Shown here: piece after piece, positions 31,851 through 32,633 of the stretch
Numbering within the stretch: position 1 is the first letter of the stretch
Layout of the letters: every line of letters begins with the position of its first letter
Assembly: GCA_030917665.1 (NCBI GenBank)
Contig: JAUPUH010000064.1
Location: forward strand, 1-32,633
Direction of reading: 5' to 3'
From: Patescibacteria group bacterium
GTDB lineage: Bacteria > Patescibacteriota > Minisyncoccia > Phycocordibacterales > PALSA-1337
DNA length: 32,633 nucleotides
Translations under genes and position numbers: made by a program
The notes under the pieces: model-generated
What the model was told of the DNA's origin: nothing
What the model saw: only the letters and a program-made list of their open reading frames with translations
Databases searched by the model: none

Positions 31851-32633
31851 TTAGATTGTTTTATTTTTAATCAAAATGCGAAAATATTTTGATTTGCCTT
31901 TAATTTCTGTTAAGTGAATATGATTCTCGCGTGCCCAATTATTTAATTTTTCTACATCAAGAATAGTGTAACGATTAAGTCCATCAATAATCTGAAACTG
32001 AGTAGGATTGTATTTATGAAGAAAACTTATTGGTACACCCATAACTTTTTTATAGTCAAGTGGTATTTCTGTACACCTATCAATATTAATTGCATCATAA
32101 TTATCATATTTTTGATAAGTTTCCCTAGAAAAACGCTTGTATAGTGTAATAGTATCGTGACGTTTTGGTACGTCCATATTCGTAAACCAAACAACACCAT
32201 TTACAAAAATTAAATGGTTACCATAATCATCTATTTTGTGTTTTGCATTTTCACTAAATACGTAATCATTCGGAACTCTAAACCATCTATTACTTCCGTT
32301 CATTGATTGGCCGAGCCATACCTTATCCTCTTTGATCAACCTAAAAATTTCTTTATACGTGATAGCATTTTGATTACCAATAATCAAGAACTTTTTATTA
32401 TATTCGACTAACTGTGCTACATATTCACGGAATAATGAAAATGGTGGATTAGTACATACCACATCTGCCTCTTTTAACAACTCAATTGATTCCATACTTC
32501 GAAAATCACCATTACCAGTTAGAGGTGTCGCAACATTTTTATCGTGCTTTAAAAGATATTCGACATCAGTTATGTCTATAGACCCACTTTCATTTGTATC
32601 CTTTACTTCATTAATCTCAATCTTAAATGGTTG
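31851..32633 (-). CDS. N6-adenine DNA methyltransferase, M.EcoRI family (5' end outside window)
   Basis: The frame stays open to the window edge (QPFKIEINEV...). GDFRSMESIELLKEADVVCTNPPFSLFREY, YDNYDAINI, VMGVPISFLHKYNP and YFRILIKNK match my recollection of M.EcoRI. The stop lies 4 nt before the DUF262-HNH start. Confidence 0.85.
   Translation of the reverse strand, partial: QPFKIEINEVKDTNESGSIDITDVEYLLKHDKNVATPLTGNGDFRSMESIELLKEADVVCTNPPFSLFREYVAQLVEYNKKFLIIGNQNAITYKEIFRLIKEDKVWLGQSMNGSNRWFRVPNDYVFSENAKHKIDDYGNHLIFVNGVVWFTNMDVPKRHDTITLYKRFSRETYQKYDNYDAINIDRCTEIPLDYKKVMGVPISFLHKYNPTQFQIIDGLNRYTILDVEKLNNWARENHIHLTEIKGKSKYFRILIKNKTI

Noticed and set aside
1-32633. I looked for CRISPR arrays, tRNA, rRNA, tmRNA, RNase P and SRP RNA genes.
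   Set aside because: I saw no regularly spaced direct repeats. I also saw no GTTCGAATC-type T-arm in an intergenic region, and no conserved rRNA, tmRNA, RNase P or SRP blocks. This was done by eye only, and an Infernal or tRNAscan run would be decisive.
1-32633. I considered an alternative genetic code (UGA recoding, as in some CPR-related lineages).
   Set aside because: The long conserved genes (typA, hisS, pilB, dinB) are intact under the standard code, with stops where expected.

Overview
The window is a gene-dense bacterial chromosomal segment read under the standard code. I found no rRNA, tRNA, CRISPR array, transposase or integrase. The gene content weakly suggests a small-genome uncultivated lineage (CPR/Patescibacteria-like), but the taxon cannot be proven from this sequence.

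Recognisable content, in order:
- tspO and a cupin gene.
- A cell-envelope cluster: a VanY/M15B DD-carboxypeptidase, a secreted 2xFN3 protein, an ECF sigma factor with a DUF5667 anti-sigma-like partner, and an S11 PBP5-type DD-carboxypeptidase.
- A compact type IV pilus / T2SS-like operon: pilB, pilC and four prepilin-like genes. One is a prepilin-LVIVD beta-propeller fusion. Another is a 56-aa ORF missing from the ORF track.
- typA, truB, hisS, a DEDD exonuclease and an MFS transporter.
- An ORF6N gene and a dinB with a Cheo-type LexA box.
- An AT-rich defence-like island at the 3' end: a zeta-toxin kinase plus a coupled small ORF, a DUF262-HNH nuclease, and an M.EcoRI-family methyltransferase truncated by the window edge.

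Five blocks of about 50% GC are interleaved with these genes. They carry almost all of the function-unknown genes. The most unusual are a sigma-70-like protein fused to a DnaA-domain-IV-like HTH (15323-16546) and a 637-aa protein with a ParB-like HTH plus two more DnaA-domain-IV-like modules (22922-24835). A degenerate adenylate-kinase-like protein also lies in one of these blocks.

Two further points stand out. About a dozen genes have a -10-like hexamer 6-9 nt upstream of the ATG with no Shine-Dalgarno sequence, which suggests leaderless mRNAs. A membrane-anchored bPH-AlbA_2 (Schlafen-like) protein sits next to a 4-TM partner.

All domain calls come from reading the translations and from remembered family motifs. 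None has been verified by a database search.
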